55,507 nt of DNA from a candidate division WOR-3 bacterium (GCA_965649115.1 CBFGJN010000003.1:1-55507); one strand, 5' to 3'; shown: positions 16,928-26,637, counted from the stretch's first letter. Numbers and translations are program-made. Notes: generated by a model from the sequence alone, not told the origin.

Positions 16928-18444
16928 AACTTTGGACCCGCTTGTAAAATTTTACTATCAATGTTAAATTTTTTAATATTTTCTATAAACATAAAAGCAA
17001 GCTTTTTGGCACTTTGAATATAATCTTCCTTATTTTTCCAACTATCTTGTGGATAAAATATCCAATCTGGAATATCTGAAATTCTTTTAGGAACTAATAA
17101 ACCAAATATAGGAAATTCATAAAATTCTGCATTACCATCATTTATAGCCCAATCTATCATTCTTCTTGTCAAAACAATATCAATCCTATTTCCAATACCA
17201 TATGGACCACCAAACCAACCAGTATTCACAAGCCATATATTAGGATTATATTTCTCAATTTTTTCAAGAAGCATCTTGGCATATTCAATAGGTTTCAAAA
17301 CTAAAAATGGTGCTCCAAAGCAAGCAGAAAATGTAGCAGTTGGTTCTTTAATACCTCTTTCAGTTCCTGCAAGTTTTGCAGTATATCCTGAGAGAAAATA
17401 AAACAATGCTTGCTCCTTAGTTAATTTTGCTATTGGTGGTAATATACCAAATGCATCAGCAGAAAGAAAGAATATATTTTTGGGATGACCACCTTTACCA
17501 TCTAACTTTATATTTTCAAGAAAATCAATAGGATAACTTGACCTTGTGTTTTCTGTTTTTTCGTCACTATCAAAATCAACACTTCTATCTTCTCTCAATA
17601 TAACATTTTCAAGTATTGTGCCAAACCTCGTAGAAGCTTTATATATTTCAGGTTCTTTTTCCTTTGATATTTTAATTACTTTTGCATAACAACCACCTTC
17701 AAAATTAAATATCCCTTCATCAGACCAACCATGTTCATCATCTCCTATTAAGGGTCGATTAGGGTCTGTTGAAAGTGAAGTTTTTCCTGTACCTGAGAGC
17801 CCAAAAAACAAAGCAGTGTCTTGATTTTTACCTATATTTGCTCCGCAATGCATAGATAAAATGTTTTTAACTTTCGGATAGTAGTAATTTAAAAATGTAA
17901 AAACAGATTTCTTAATTTCACCAGCATATAAAGTACCACCAATTAAAATAATTCTTTTTGAGAGATGAAGAATTATAAAAACTTCGCTTTTTGTTTTATG
18001 AACTTCAGGTCTTGCCTTAAAAAATGGGACATGATAAATAACAATATCTGGATTGAAATTTAAAATATCATTCTTATTAGGTCTTATAAACATATTTTTA
18101 GCAAATAATGCATGCCAAGGGCTTTCTGTTATGACTCTTAATTTTAATCTATGCTTCTCTTCCGCTCCAACGAATAAATCCTCAACATAAACATCTTTTG
18201 TATTTAAGTAATTTTTTACTTCCTCTAAAAGTTTATTAAAATGCTCCTCATCAAAAGGTTGATTAACTTCACCCCACCAAACATCATCTTTCGTTTCATT
18301 TTCATACACAATAAACTTGTCTTTTGGAGATCTTCCTGTATAAGGTCTTGTATCTACAACAAGTGTTCCATTATTAGAGAGAATAGCAAGATTTTTCTTT
18401 ATACTTTCTTCGTACAACTCTGCCACACTTAAATTATGTTTCAT
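16924..18444 (-). CDS. pckA: Phosphoenolpyruvate carboxykinase (ATP)
   Basis: TGRSPKDK, YAGEIKKS, FGLSGTGKT, IGDDEHGW, FNFEGGCYAK, TENTR. Confidence 0.97.
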   Translation of the reverse strand: MKHNLSVAELYEESIKKNLAILSNNGTLVVDTRPYTGRSPKDKFIVYENETKDDVWWGEVNQPFDEEHFNKLLEEVKNYLNTKDVYVEDLFVGAEEKHRLKLRVITESPWHALFAKNMFIRPNKNDILNFNPDIVIYHVPFFKARPEVHKTKSEVFIILHLSKRIILIGGTLYAGEIKKSVFTFLNYYYPKVKNILSMHCGANIGKNQDTALFFGLSGTGKTSLSTDPNRPLIGDDEHGWSDEGIFNFEGGCYAKVIKISKEKEPEIYKASTRFGTILENVILREDRSVDFDSDEKTENTRSSYPIDFLENIKLDGKGGHPKNIFFLSADAFGILPPIAKLTKEQALFYFLSGYTAKLAGTERGIKEPTATFSACFGAPFLVLKPIEYAKMLLEKIEKYNPNIWLVNTGWFGGPYGIGNRIDIVLTRRMIDWAINDGNAEFYEFPIFGLLVPKRISDIPDWIFYPQDSWKNKEDYIQSAKKLAFMFIENIKKFNIDSKILQAGPKL

Positions 18445-18453
18445 AGTTTCAAA

Positions 18454-18459
18454 ATTTTA
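18454..18459 (-). promoter_or_regulatory. -10-like box GCTA-TAAAAT
   Basis: 9 nt before pckA ATG; 22 nt from MITE F. Confidence 0.6.
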
Positions 18460-18481
18460 TAGCATAATAAAGTGTTTTACC

Positions 18482-18620
18482 TGCTGTGTCTAGTAATTCT
18501 GAAATTATTATTGTTTCTTATTTTCTCCCACCCTACGAAATAAGCCTTCGGCTTATAACTTTGCCCCCCGTTAAACACCATATAAAAACTATTATTTCAA
18601 AAAATTCTTCACAAATCAAC
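18482..18620 (+). mobile_element. MITE-like repeat, copy F (right end decayed)
   Basis: TGCTGTGTCTAGTAATTCTGAAA, CCCACCCT, AAGCC-TTC-GGCTT, GCCCCCC. Confidence 0.8.
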
Positions 18621-18664
18621 AGTATAATTCCCTCTTTATTTCAATTAATCTTTGCTGTGTCCTT

Positions 18665-18670
18665 TAAAAT
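18665..18670 (+). promoter_or_regulatory. -10-like box CCTT-TAAAAT
   Basis: 6 nt before ATG 18677. Confidence 0.6.
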
Positions 18671-18676
18671 ATGGGT

Positions 18677-20428
18677 ATGCTTCACATTACCTTTGGTCTT
18701 TTTGTAGATGTTCCAAAAACGAAATTTTTCGGTATAGGTGCTTACATAAATCCTCAATTTCAAAATAGAGTTATTGGATATTGGGAAGCTTCTTATACTG
18801 CCTTTACTAATGGACTTGTAGGATTTACCTTAGGCTCACAAATTCATTTTGGAAACATATATGCATCTGAAATATCATCAAGTGATAGTGCATTGTACTA
18901 TTTTCCTGGATTTCAAGTTTTTCTTGGACCTTCAATTGGTAAAAAATTCTTTTATATATCTCCCGTTTTAAGTTTTGGATATTTTAATCCACGCTCAATC
19001 AAAAGAAATACAATTTCTATTCCAAATTATGGAGATACCTTATTATATGGTCCAACATTCTCACCATCAGTAGGAATAAAAATTGGATTGTTATATCATG
19101 AGCATTTTTCACTTATAACTGCATACTTTGGTTATGGGCAATATGTAATAAAAAAATATAATAATGGAATTTGGGTCAGAAATCAGGACAGCATTGTGAG
19201 AAACTTCTATTTTTCAATAGCAATAAATCCTCTTTTCTTTACAAGCACTTATCCATTTAGAGAATGGGATGAAGAAACATATACAAGATATTATCACGGA
19301 GATGTTGTAGAAAAAGCAGAAGAAAGAAACTTTGTAGTATTTACAATTTATACTCAAAGAATGTTTTCAGATAGTTCTTATTATGATTACATTTATGAAA
19401 TTGGCCTTTATAGGTACTTTCCTCTTAAAAAGTACGGGAATGAATGGACAATAGGCCTTAGAAGGGTTAATTATGAGCCAAGGACACCAAGTCTAAATTA
19501 TTATAATTTACCATCATTCATTTATTTCAAATTTAGGCCATATTTTGGAACAAGAAGTTATGATATTGGGCCATATTTCTCATTTGGTTATACAACTGAC
19601 GGAATGAATTTTAAAGGTGGTGGATATGATTTTGGTTTAGCATTTAGATGGAATATATTTTATATTGATTTAGGTATGACAAAAGCTTATAACGGATTAT
19701 TTTACGATCCTATGAAAACCTATATTTTAAGAAGCAAACCTGATACTAATTATTTCAAAGATTACAAAGTTTATTCTTCAAAACTACTTCCAAAGGTTTC
19801 ATTTGGTTTGAGAATTCTATATAATCATTCAGATTATGTAATAGCACCATTTATATTTAATCCTCAAAACGAAAGGACATTTTTATTATGGACATTAAAT
19901 GCTGGTGTTAATTTTCAAGCAAGCAATGAATTAAAAATTGTTCCATTTGATTTTATATTCTTTAAATATATGAAAAATAAACCATTTGGATTTGGAATTG
20001 GTTTAGATTTTGAAAACATAACATTTAAATTAAGAAAGGACACAACACTACCATCTCAAATAAAAGAGAGAGTTAAAGAATCAAGATTCTCATTAAAACT
20101 TGGTCCTTCACTTGGAAATAGAACAATATCAATAATGCCTTATGGTGTAGTTGGAACAGCCTACTATCCAAAAGATTTAATTTATGGTGGAGGAGTAAAG
20201 GTTGGATTTGGTAGTTGGGGAAAAGCTTGGAATATGCCATTTTATGTTTTAAGTTTGGATTTGAGATATGCTAATGATTATTATTTTGATGGCTCAAAAT
20301 ATGTCCAAAATTTTGGATTTAGTCTTAAATTTGGATTAAGTTATCATATACCAATTTGGAAATTTACAAGAAAAACCGAAAGTGATATATACAAGCCTAT
20401 AAAACCTGATTACTTTAAAGGGTATTGA
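18677..20428 (+). CDS. Hypothetical aromatic-rich, probably multi-domain outer-membrane beta protein
   Basis: Alternating aromatic/Gly beta strands; internal repeat LGPSIG..ISP / LGPSLG..IMP; start 18677 chosen over 18671 on promoter spacing. Confidence 0.5.
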   Translation: MLHITFGLFVDVPKTKFFGIGAYINPQFQNRVIGYWEASYTAFTNGLVGFTLGSQIHFGNIYASEISSSDSALYYFPGFQVFLGPSIGKKFFYISPVLSFGYFNPRSIKRNTISIPNYGDTLLYGPTFSPSVGIKIGLLYHEHFSLITAYFGYGQYVIKKYNNGIWVRNQDSIVRNFYFSIAINPLFFTSTYPFREWDEETYTRYYHGDVVEKAEERNFVVFTIYTQRMFSDSSYYDYIYEIGLYRYFPLKKYGNEWTIGLRRVNYEPRTPSLNYYNLPSFIYFKFRPYFGTRSYDIGPYFSFGYTTDGMNFKGGGYDFGLAFRWNIFYIDLGMTKAYNGLFYDPMKTYILRSKPDTNYFKDYKVYSSKLLPKVSFGLRILYNHSDYVIAPFIFNPQNERTFLLWTLNAGVNFQASNELKIVPFDFIFFKYMKNKPFGFGIGLDFENITFKLRKDTTLPSQIKERVKESRFSLKLGPSLGNRTISIMPYGVVGTAYYPKDLIYGGGVKVGFGSWGKAWNMPFYVLSLDLRYANDYYFDGSKYVQNFGFSLKFGLSYHIPIWKFTRKTESDIYKPIKPDYFKGY

Positions 20429-20940
20429 TTTTAATTCCAGATATTTTAACAACAATTAGGTTAGTTTTAGTTCCATTTGTTTTTTTGTCAATTTCAAAAA
20501 ACGAAATTCTAACAATTATTCTTTTAATAATTGCACTTATTACAGATATTCTTGACGGATTTCTATCAAGAAAACTAAAAATTCAAAATAGAGAATTTGG
20601 AAAAGCTTATGACCATCTTGTAGATAAACTATTAGTTTTTATTATTGTTTATGGGCTTGTTATTTATAAGGACTTGCCAAATTGGGCACTGTTGTTTTTC
20701 TTAATAAGAGAATTTATTTTGATAATTGGTGCAGTATTTTTATGGTTTAATAGGAAGAAAATTGAAGGCTCTAACATTCTTGGAAAAATTGCAGGTTTCT
20801 TTTTTTACTCTATGGTTATCAGTTATCTATTTAACTTTGAATTCAAATCTATATTGTTAATTCTTTCAATTATTACTTCAATTTTAGCATTTTCAATTTA
20901 TGTCTTAAGAGCTATTTATTTTTCTAACTTTCAAAGTTAA
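20425..20940 (+). CDS. CDP-alcohol phosphatidyltransferase (PgsA-like)
   Basis: IPDILTTIR, TDILDGFLSR..GKAYDHLVDK (DGxxAR..G..D..D variant). Confidence 0.9.
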   Translation: MILIPDILTTIRLVLVPFVFLSISKNEILTIILLIIALITDILDGFLSRKLKIQNREFGKAYDHLVDKLLVFIIVYGLVIYKDLPNWALLFFLIREFILIIGAVFLWFNRKKIEGSNILGKIAGFFFYSMVISYLFNFEFKSILLILSIITSILAFSIYVLRAIYFSNFQS

Positions 20941-22098
20941 ACCTTCAATTCCAATTACTTCAACCTTATCGTCCTTCAATATATTATCGTTGCTTTGTGC
21001 AAACCAAATTTCTCCAAGAACAATAACTCTACCTTCACCTTTCTGAAAATTCTCAATAGCAACACCAACTTTACCAATAATTGATTCTGAACCCGTTTGA
21101 GGCTTTTGTTTGAGTGCCTTAATAGCAAAAGCAATTATTACAAAAAAGAAAATTAATGTTAATAATAGAGCAGTCAGAATACTAAAAATTGATATTCTTA
21201 TTTGGGGATTAGAAATATCAAAAAGCATTAATGAACCAATTAAAAACGATATTGTTCCACCAATAGCCAAAAAACCACCTGTTTGTAATTTTATTTCTGC
21301 AAAAAATAAAATGAATGCTATAATAATTAACAATAAACCTACCAAATTAGCACTTAAAACTTGAAGAGCAAATAACGATAAAAGCAAAGCAATAACTCCA
21401 ATAGTTCCTGATATACCCCAACCTGGACTTGCAAGTTCAAATATAATTCCATATAAACCTATAATCAAAAGAAAATAAGCTATATTTGGGTCAGCTATTT
21501 TTTCAAGAATTTTTTCTCTCAAACTCATATCAAGCTTATCAATAACTTTGTTTTTTACACCTATACTATCAAGCAATTCATTAACATTATCAACTAAATA
21601 GTCAATAAGTCCAAATTCTTTCATTTGTGATGAAGAATAAGACTTTGCATATATTACAAAACTATCAGACCAAAATTCTGGCTTATTTCTTATCTTTAAT
21701 ATACTCTTTAAAAAAGCATTTGCATCATTCATAACCTTCTTTTGCATAACAGAATCCATTCCACCTGTTAGAGAAACAGGACTAGCAGAACCGATATTTG
21801 TACCACTTGCCATAGCGGTAATGTGAGAAGCAAGAACGATAAAAACACCAGCAGAAGCAGCCCTTGAACCACTTGGATAAACATAAGCTATTATCTTAAC
21901 TTTTGAATTCAATATTTCTTTAACAATTTCTCTCATAGCACTTTCAAGACCACCAGGAGTATTTATAATCATCAATATAAAATCGTAATTTTTTTCATTA
22001 GCTATTTTAATTGCTCTTTTAACATAACTTGAAGTAACTGGCGTTATCGGTCCATTTATTTCAATTTGAAGGATATTAGAAATTATACAAAAAAGCAT
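20905..22098 (-). CDS. nfeD: NfeD family membrane-bound serine protease
   Basis: INGPIT, INTPGG, SRAASAG, TM block, C-terminal OB fold GEGRVIVLGEIW; start moved to MLFCIISN. Confidence 0.92.
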   Translation of the reverse strand: MLFCIISNILQIEINGPITPVTSSYVKRAIKIANEKNYDFILMIINTPGGLESAMREIVKEILNSKVKIIAYVYPSGSRAASAGVFIVLASHITAMASGTNIGSASPVSLTGGMDSVMQKKVMNDANAFLKSILKIRNKPEFWSDSFVIYAKSYSSSQMKEFGLIDYLVDNVNELLDSIGVKNKVIDKLDMSLREKILEKIADPNIAYFLLIIGLYGIIFELASPGWGISGTIGVIALLLSLFALQVLSANLVGLLLIIIAFILFFAEIKLQTGGFLAIGGTISFLIGSLMLFDISNPQIRISIFSILTALLLTLIFFFVIIAFAIKALKQKPQTGSESIIGKVGVAIENFQKGEGRVIVLGEIWFAQSNDNILKDDKVEVIGIEGLTLKVRKINSS

Positions 22099-22105
22099 TA
22101 TTAAA

Positions 22106-22111
22106 ATTTTA
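22106..22111 (-). promoter_or_regulatory. -10-like box GCTT-TAAAAT
   Basis: 7 nt before ATG 22098; 21 nt from MITE G. Confidence 0.65.
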
Positions 22112-22132
22112 AAGCAAAAAGCCAAAATGACT

Positions 22133-22245
22133 TGATGAGTCTAGTAATTCTGGAAACATATATTTTTCCCACCCACCCTATGAATAAGCCTTCGGCTTAT
22201 AAATGCCCATTTTTCGGCCTAGGGGGGCTTTGCCCCCCATAAAAT
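22133..22245 (+). mobile_element. MITE-like repeat, copy G (left two-thirds)
   Basis: TGATGAGTCTAGTAATTC, CCCACCCACCCT, AAGCC-TTC-GGCTT, GGGGGGC-TTT-GCCCCCC. Confidence 0.85.
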
Positions 22246-22265
22246 CTTTAACTGAATTTATGAGG

Positions 22266-22305
22266 GAATTTTAGGGTGGATGGGGAAGTAAAGAAGAATA
22301 GATAA
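22266..22305 (-). mobile_element. MITE fragment in opposite orientation to G
   Basis: ATTTTAGGGTGGATGGGGAAGTAAAGAAGAATA matches the reverse complement of the element left arm. Confidence 0.6.
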
Positions 22306-22313
22306 CTCAACAT

Positions 22314-22319
22314 TAAAAT
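22314..22319 (+). promoter_or_regulatory. -10-like box TAAAAT
   Basis: 6 nt before ATG 22326. Confidence 0.6.
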
Positions 22320-22325
22320 TTTAAT

Positions 22326-23309
22326 ATGTTTTTCATTATAGCTTATAAACTTATGGATATATTTCCAAACTTGAAATTTAACAATCCTGTGTATATGATA
22401 AATGAGCCTTCTGATGACAAAACTTTTTATGTAGTTGAACAGGTCGGAATTATCTTAAGAATAAAAAATAATAAAATTGATACTTTCTTAGATGTCAGAG
22501 ACAAAGTCAAATATGGTGGTGAAATGGGACTCTTAGGTATGGCTTTAAGCCCAAAATTTAAAGAAGACGGAAAGTACTATATTTCATATACGAATAAACA
22601 AATGTTTTCAATTGTTGAAGAAAAGGATATTAAAAATAAAAATTATTCACGAATTTTATTAAAAGTTAAACAACCTTTTGCAAATCATAATGGTGGTGAT
22701 ATAAAATTTGGTCCTGATAATTATTTGTATGTTGGCCTTGGAGATGGAGGTTCAGCAGGAGACCCCTTAAACAATGCTCAAAATCCTAACAGTTTATTAG
22801 GTAAAATTTTAAGAATAGAGGTAAATACGGGAAAAATTGAAATTTACGCATCGGGTTTGAGAAATCCTTGGCGTTTTTCATTTGATGGAAAAACATTATG
22901 GGTTGGAGATGTAGGACAGGATAGATGGGAGGAAATAGATACTATTATAAGAGGAGGAAATTATGGCTGGAGATGTTATGAGGGAAATCATCCTTATAAC
23001 TTAAATGGTTGTAAAAGTAAAGAGAATTATATTTTTCCTGTTTGGGAATATAGAAGAGATAATGGAAATTGTTCTATTATAGGTGGGTATGTATATAGAG
23101 GAAATGAGTTAAAGGAATTAATAGGAAGTTATATATTCGGTGATTTTTGTTCTGGAAGAATTTGGGCTTTAAAGAAAATAAATAATGGTTTCAAGTCAGA
23201 ACTTCTAATAGATAGTGAAATAAACATATCTTCATTTGCTATTGACAACCAAAATGAAATATATGTTATAGACCATACAGGCGGGAAAATTTATAAAATT
23301 GTTAAGTAG
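22326..23309 (+). CDS. PQQ-dependent glucose/sorbosone dehydrogenase family
   Basis: GEMGLLGMALSP, NHNGGDIKFGPD.YLYVGLGDGG, GLRNPWRFSFD, GGNYGW. Confidence 0.92.
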   Translation: MFFIIAYKLMDIFPNLKFNNPVYMINEPSDDKTFYVVEQVGIILRIKNNKIDTFLDVRDKVKYGGEMGLLGMALSPKFKEDGKYYISYTNKQMFSIVEEKDIKNKNYSRILLKVKQPFANHNGGDIKFGPDNYLYVGLGDGGSAGDPLNNAQNPNSLLGKILRIEVNTGKIEIYASGLRNPWRFSFDGKTLWVGDVGQDRWEEIDTIIRGGNYGWRCYEGNHPYNLNGCKSKENYIFPVWEYRRDNGNCSIIGGYVYRGNELKELIGSYIFGDFCSGRIWALKKINNGFKSELLIDSEINISSFAIDNQNEIYVIDHTGGKIYKIVK

Positions 23310-23320
23310 ATAGAATATAA

Positions 23321-23430
23321 CCCACCCTATAAATAAGATTTCAGCTTATAAAAACCCCAATTTTTGCCTCGGAGGCTTCGGCAGGGGGCTAACACACCCC
23401 CTTAAAAACTCCCTATAAAAACCATAATTT
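23321..23430 (+). mobile_element. MITE-like repeat, degenerate internal copy H
   Basis: CCCACCCTATAAATAAGATTTCAGCTT..AAAACCCCAATTTTTGCC..GGGGGCTAACACACCCCC; no TIRs. Confidence 0.65.
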
Positions 23431-23464
23431 CAATTGGCTTGTAAATATGGATTTTTCTTACCTT

Positions 23465-23470
23465 TAAACT
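23465..23470 (+). promoter_or_regulatory. -10-like box CCTT-TAAACT
   Basis: 7 nt before sufD ATG. Confidence 0.65.
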
Positions 23471-23477
23471 TTTCATT

Positions 23478-24707
23478 ATGAATCAAATTAAATTTTTAGA
23501 CGAAATAAAGGAAATTGCTCTTAAAACTTATAAGGAAAGTGAGCCTTTAAGGAATAAATATGTTGATTATAGAATTTTAAAACCAGAAAATTTCTCAACC
23601 CAAACAGCTATAAAAGAAGAGCTTCCAGATTATATAAAATCAATTATTAAAGAGGAGAAGGATACAATTGGTTTTGCTTTGTTTGTAAATAATGAACTTA
23701 TTTCAATTGATTACGATAGTAATTTAAAAGAAAAAGGACTTATTATTGAAGAGTTAATTTATGCTTTCAATAACATTGATTTTAATTTCCCTGCTTATTT
23801 TTCAAAAATAGTTAGTCCAAGTGAAGATAAATTTACTGCAAATCACTATTTAAATTTGAAAACGGGGCTATTTATATATGTTCCAAAAAATTTAATTATT
23901 GAGAAACCTTTTCAAGTCTTGTTTGTCCATAGTTCAAATGAAGTAGCAATTTATCCTCATATTTTAATAGTTCTTGATAAAGGTTCAAAATTCAGTTATG
24001 TTGATGAGGCACACTCCATAAATGAAAAAATTACAGGTTTTTATAGTCCAATTTATGAAATTTATATAAATGACGAATCAATTTTAAACTTCTCTTCAAT
24101 TTACGACCTTAATTTAAATGTCTATTCATTTTCAAGAAGAAGGGCTATTTTAAACAGATATAGCAAAGGTTATATAAATCACATATGGATAGGTGGGAAA
24201 TATAGTGTAAATTATATGGAATTATTTATGAATGGAGAAGGTTGTGAAGGAGAAGATACCCAAATTTTCTTCGGAAGAGATGAGCAATTTTATAGTTTAT
24301 ATTCAAAATTAATGCATAGAGTTGGGAATAGTGTTGGAAATGTTCTTGTAAGAGGTGCTTTAAAAGATAAAGCAAGAAGTCATTTTGATGGTTTAATTAA
24401 AATTTTTCCAAAAGCTCAAAAATCTAATGCATATTTACAAGAGCATACAATTTTATTAAATCCAGGGACAAGATCTGATGCTATTCCAGGTCTTGAAATA
24501 TCAGCTAACGATGTTAGATGTACTCACTCTGCAACAGTTAGCGAAATAGATTATGAAAAATTGTTTTATCTAAGATCAAGGGGAATAGATGAAAATAATG
24601 CTAAAAAATTAATGGTTCTTGGTCATTTTGAATTTGCAATTGAAAAAATACAAATAGATAAGGTCAAAAACAGATTCTTGGAGATTTTAAATGACAATTT
24701 TGAATGA
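23478..24707 (+). CDS. sufD: Fe-S cluster assembly protein SufD (SufBD family)
   Basis: RGALKDKARSHFDGLIKI, PGLEISANDVRCTHSATV, LFYLRSRGI. Confidence 0.88.
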   Translation: MNQIKFLDEIKEIALKTYKESEPLRNKYVDYRILKPENFSTQTAIKEELPDYIKSIIKEEKDTIGFALFVNNELISIDYDSNLKEKGLIIEELIYAFNNIDFNFPAYFSKIVSPSEDKFTANHYLNLKTGLFIYVPKNLIIEKPFQVLFVHSSNEVAIYPHILIVLDKGSKFSYVDEAHSINEKITGFYSPIYEIYINDESILNFSSIYDLNLNVYSFSRRRAILNRYSKGYINHIWIGGKYSVNYMELFMNGEGCEGEDTQIFFGRDEQFYSLYSKLMHRVGNSVGNVLVRGALKDKARSHFDGLIKIFPKAQKSNAYLQEHTILLNPGTRSDAIPGLEISANDVRCTHSATVSEIDYEKLFYLRSRGIDENNAKKLMVLGHFEFAIEKIQIDKVKNRFLEILNDNFE

Positions 24708-25404
24708 AATTGAATTTTTAGAACCAAGAGAGATAGTTCCACATGAAGAACCATCTATTGAAAAATTAAATGCCTTAATATCAAAAATAAAAAATGATGG
24801 ATTTATAAATCATCCGATTTTAACTACAAAAATAAAAAACAAAATTATTATTCTAGATGGAACGCATAGATTTTTTGCTCTAAAAAACTTGAATGTTAAA
24901 TTCATCCCTATTCAGCTTGTTAATTATCATAAAAGAAGAATAAAGTTAAGTAGTTGGGCTTGGCAATTTAATGTTAATCAAGAATTTAAAAATTTTTTAA
25001 AATCATTTGATATAAAAATGATTTATGATATTAGAATGCCTAAGAATTATGAAATTCTTATAAAATCAAAAGAAACATTTTTGGTAAAATTTTCAGACAA
25101 ATTCAAATTCCTAAATTTTTTAAATGAGATTAAAAATTTACACTATGAAAGAGTTTTAAAAGAACACCTAAATGAAGGGATAATTTTTCCAAAATTAAAT
25201 CATAATTTTTTTCTATTTCTTGCCAAAAATAATTTAAAAATTCCATCAGGAATTACGAGGTTTAAGGTTCAGAATAGAATTTTGTATTTAAAAGTTCCTT
25301 TAAATGTCCTCAATGATGAAAATTTAATTCTTGAATTTAAAGAACATTTAAAAAACAGGAAATTTAGAATTTACGAAGAAAGTGTATTAGTATTTGAAGA
25401 ATAA
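24691..25404 (+). CDS. ParB-like domain protein resembling SbnI/SerK free L-serine kinases
   Basis: PHEE, INHPILTT, ILDGTHR, IPIQ..SSW and C-terminal GITRFKV.NRIL.LKVPL..FRIYEE.VLV, matching SbnI features as I recall them. Confidence 0.7.
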   Translation: MTILNEIEFLEPREIVPHEEPSIEKLNALISKIKNDGFINHPILTTKIKNKIIILDGTHRFFALKNLNVKFIPIQLVNYHKRRIKLSSWAWQFNVNQEFKNFLKSFDIKMIYDIRMPKNYEILIKSKETFLVKFSDKFKFLNFLNEIKNLHYERVLKEHLNEGIIFPKLNHNFFLFLAKNNLKIPSGITRFKVQNRILYLKVPLNVLNDENLILEFKEHLKNRKFRIYEESVLVFEE

Positions 25405-25451
25405 AATCTTCGGTTTATAAATCTTCGCCCTCTTAAAAATCCCTATTAAAT

Positions 25452-25567
25452 TGCTGTGTCTAGTAAAAGGCTTAATTTTATAGGGGGTTATTTGAGGGGG
25501 CGTAGCCCCCTACTGAAAATAGGGTGGGTGGGAGAAATATAGAAAAATAGGTATTCGACAAATAGCA
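25452..25567 (-). mobile_element. MITE-like repeat, short copy I1
   Basis: TGCTGTGTCTAGTAA...GGGGGC-GTA-GCCCCC...AGGGTGGGTGGG...GACAAATAGCA. Confidence 0.75.
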
Positions 25568-25600
25568 GTGTGAGTGAAAAGCTTTTTTAAATCATTGGAG

Positions 25601-25752
25601 CATTTATAAAGTTATTGATTTAATGGGGAATTTTAGTGGGGCAAAGCCCCCCCATGGCATAAAAATGGGTATTTTAAAGCCGAAGGCTTAAATATAGGGT
25701 GGGTGGGAAAAATATAGTAAAATAAATAGTTTTGGAATTACTAGACAAAGCA
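25601..25752 (-). mobile_element. MITE-like repeat, copy I2
   Basis: GGGGC-AAA-GCCCC, AATGGGTATTTTAAAGCC-GAA-GGCTT, AGGGTGGGTGGG, GAATTACTAGACAAAGCA. Confidence 0.85.
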
Positions 25753-25767
25753 ATTTTAAACTGATAT

Positions 25768-26637
25768 TTACCGAATACCAAATCTTCTAAAAACAAAATA
25801 AAATCCAACAAATCCACTTAAATAACCACTAAAAAGCCTCCAAAGAACTATAACAAAACCTACAAATTTAAAATCCAAATTCTCACTTATTATAATTGAA
25901 GAAATAAGCTCTGAAATACCAAGACCACCAGGTGTAATTTGAAAATAAGTTGAAAGTTGCATAATTAACTGCTTAAAAAAAGCTTCTAAAAATCCAATTT
26001 TTATAGAAAATGCTTTCAGAACAATATAAAGGAAACTTAAATAAAAGGATTGAATAGGGAAGCTAATTAACAAAGCTAAAAACAAGAATTTGAAATCTAT
26101 TTGTTTTAAGGCTTGACGATAATCCTTTTTCGTTAAGACAAAAACTAGAAACAACATAACAATAATAAATGAATAAAAAAGAAATAATTTTGAAATTGTT
26201 GTTTTTAAAAAACCAATAACAAATGGTAAAAATGTTAAATATGGAGTAAATATACAAATACCTCTTAAAAGAATTAGACTTACTATTTCAGAAACCTTAA
26301 ATCCATATTTATTTAAAAGCCATATCTGATAAGGAAGACCACCACTACCAAAAGGTGTGATTAATCCAAGAAAAGCACCTGATGTTATAAATTCAATAGA
26401 TGTCAATAAGTCTAAATTTTTTTTTAAACCTTTTGAAATAATTTTTAATCTCAAACCATCAAGAACTAAAAACAAAAACCAATTCAAAAGACCTAATAAA
26501 ATAAACAAAAAATTAACATAAGAAACAATTTTCAAAAATTCTTTTCCTGAAAAAATCAAAATCCATACGAAACTAATAACAACATAAAAAATTATAAAAA
26601 TTTTGAAGAGTCTAAAAAATTTTTCAAAATTAGGCAA
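25768..26637 (-). CDS. Lysylphosphatidylglycerol-synthase TM / flippase-like (UPF0104) protein
   Basis: Polytopic; TPFGSGGLPYQ, TPGGLGISE, LWRLFSGY. Confidence 0.85.
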   Translation of the reverse strand: MPNFEKFFRLFKIFIIFYVVISFVWILIFSGKEFLKIVSYVNFLFILLGLLNWFLFLVLDGLRLKIISKGLKKNLDLLTSIEFITSGAFLGLITPFGSGGLPYQIWLLNKYGFKVSEIVSLILLRGICIFTPYLTFLPFVIGFLKTTISKLFLFYSFIIVMLFLVFVLTKKDYRQALKQIDFKFLFLALLISFPIQSFYLSFLYIVLKAFSIKIGFLEAFFKQLIMQLSTYFQITPGGLGISELISSIIISENLDFKFVGFVIVLWRLFSGYLSGFVGFYFVFRRFGIR

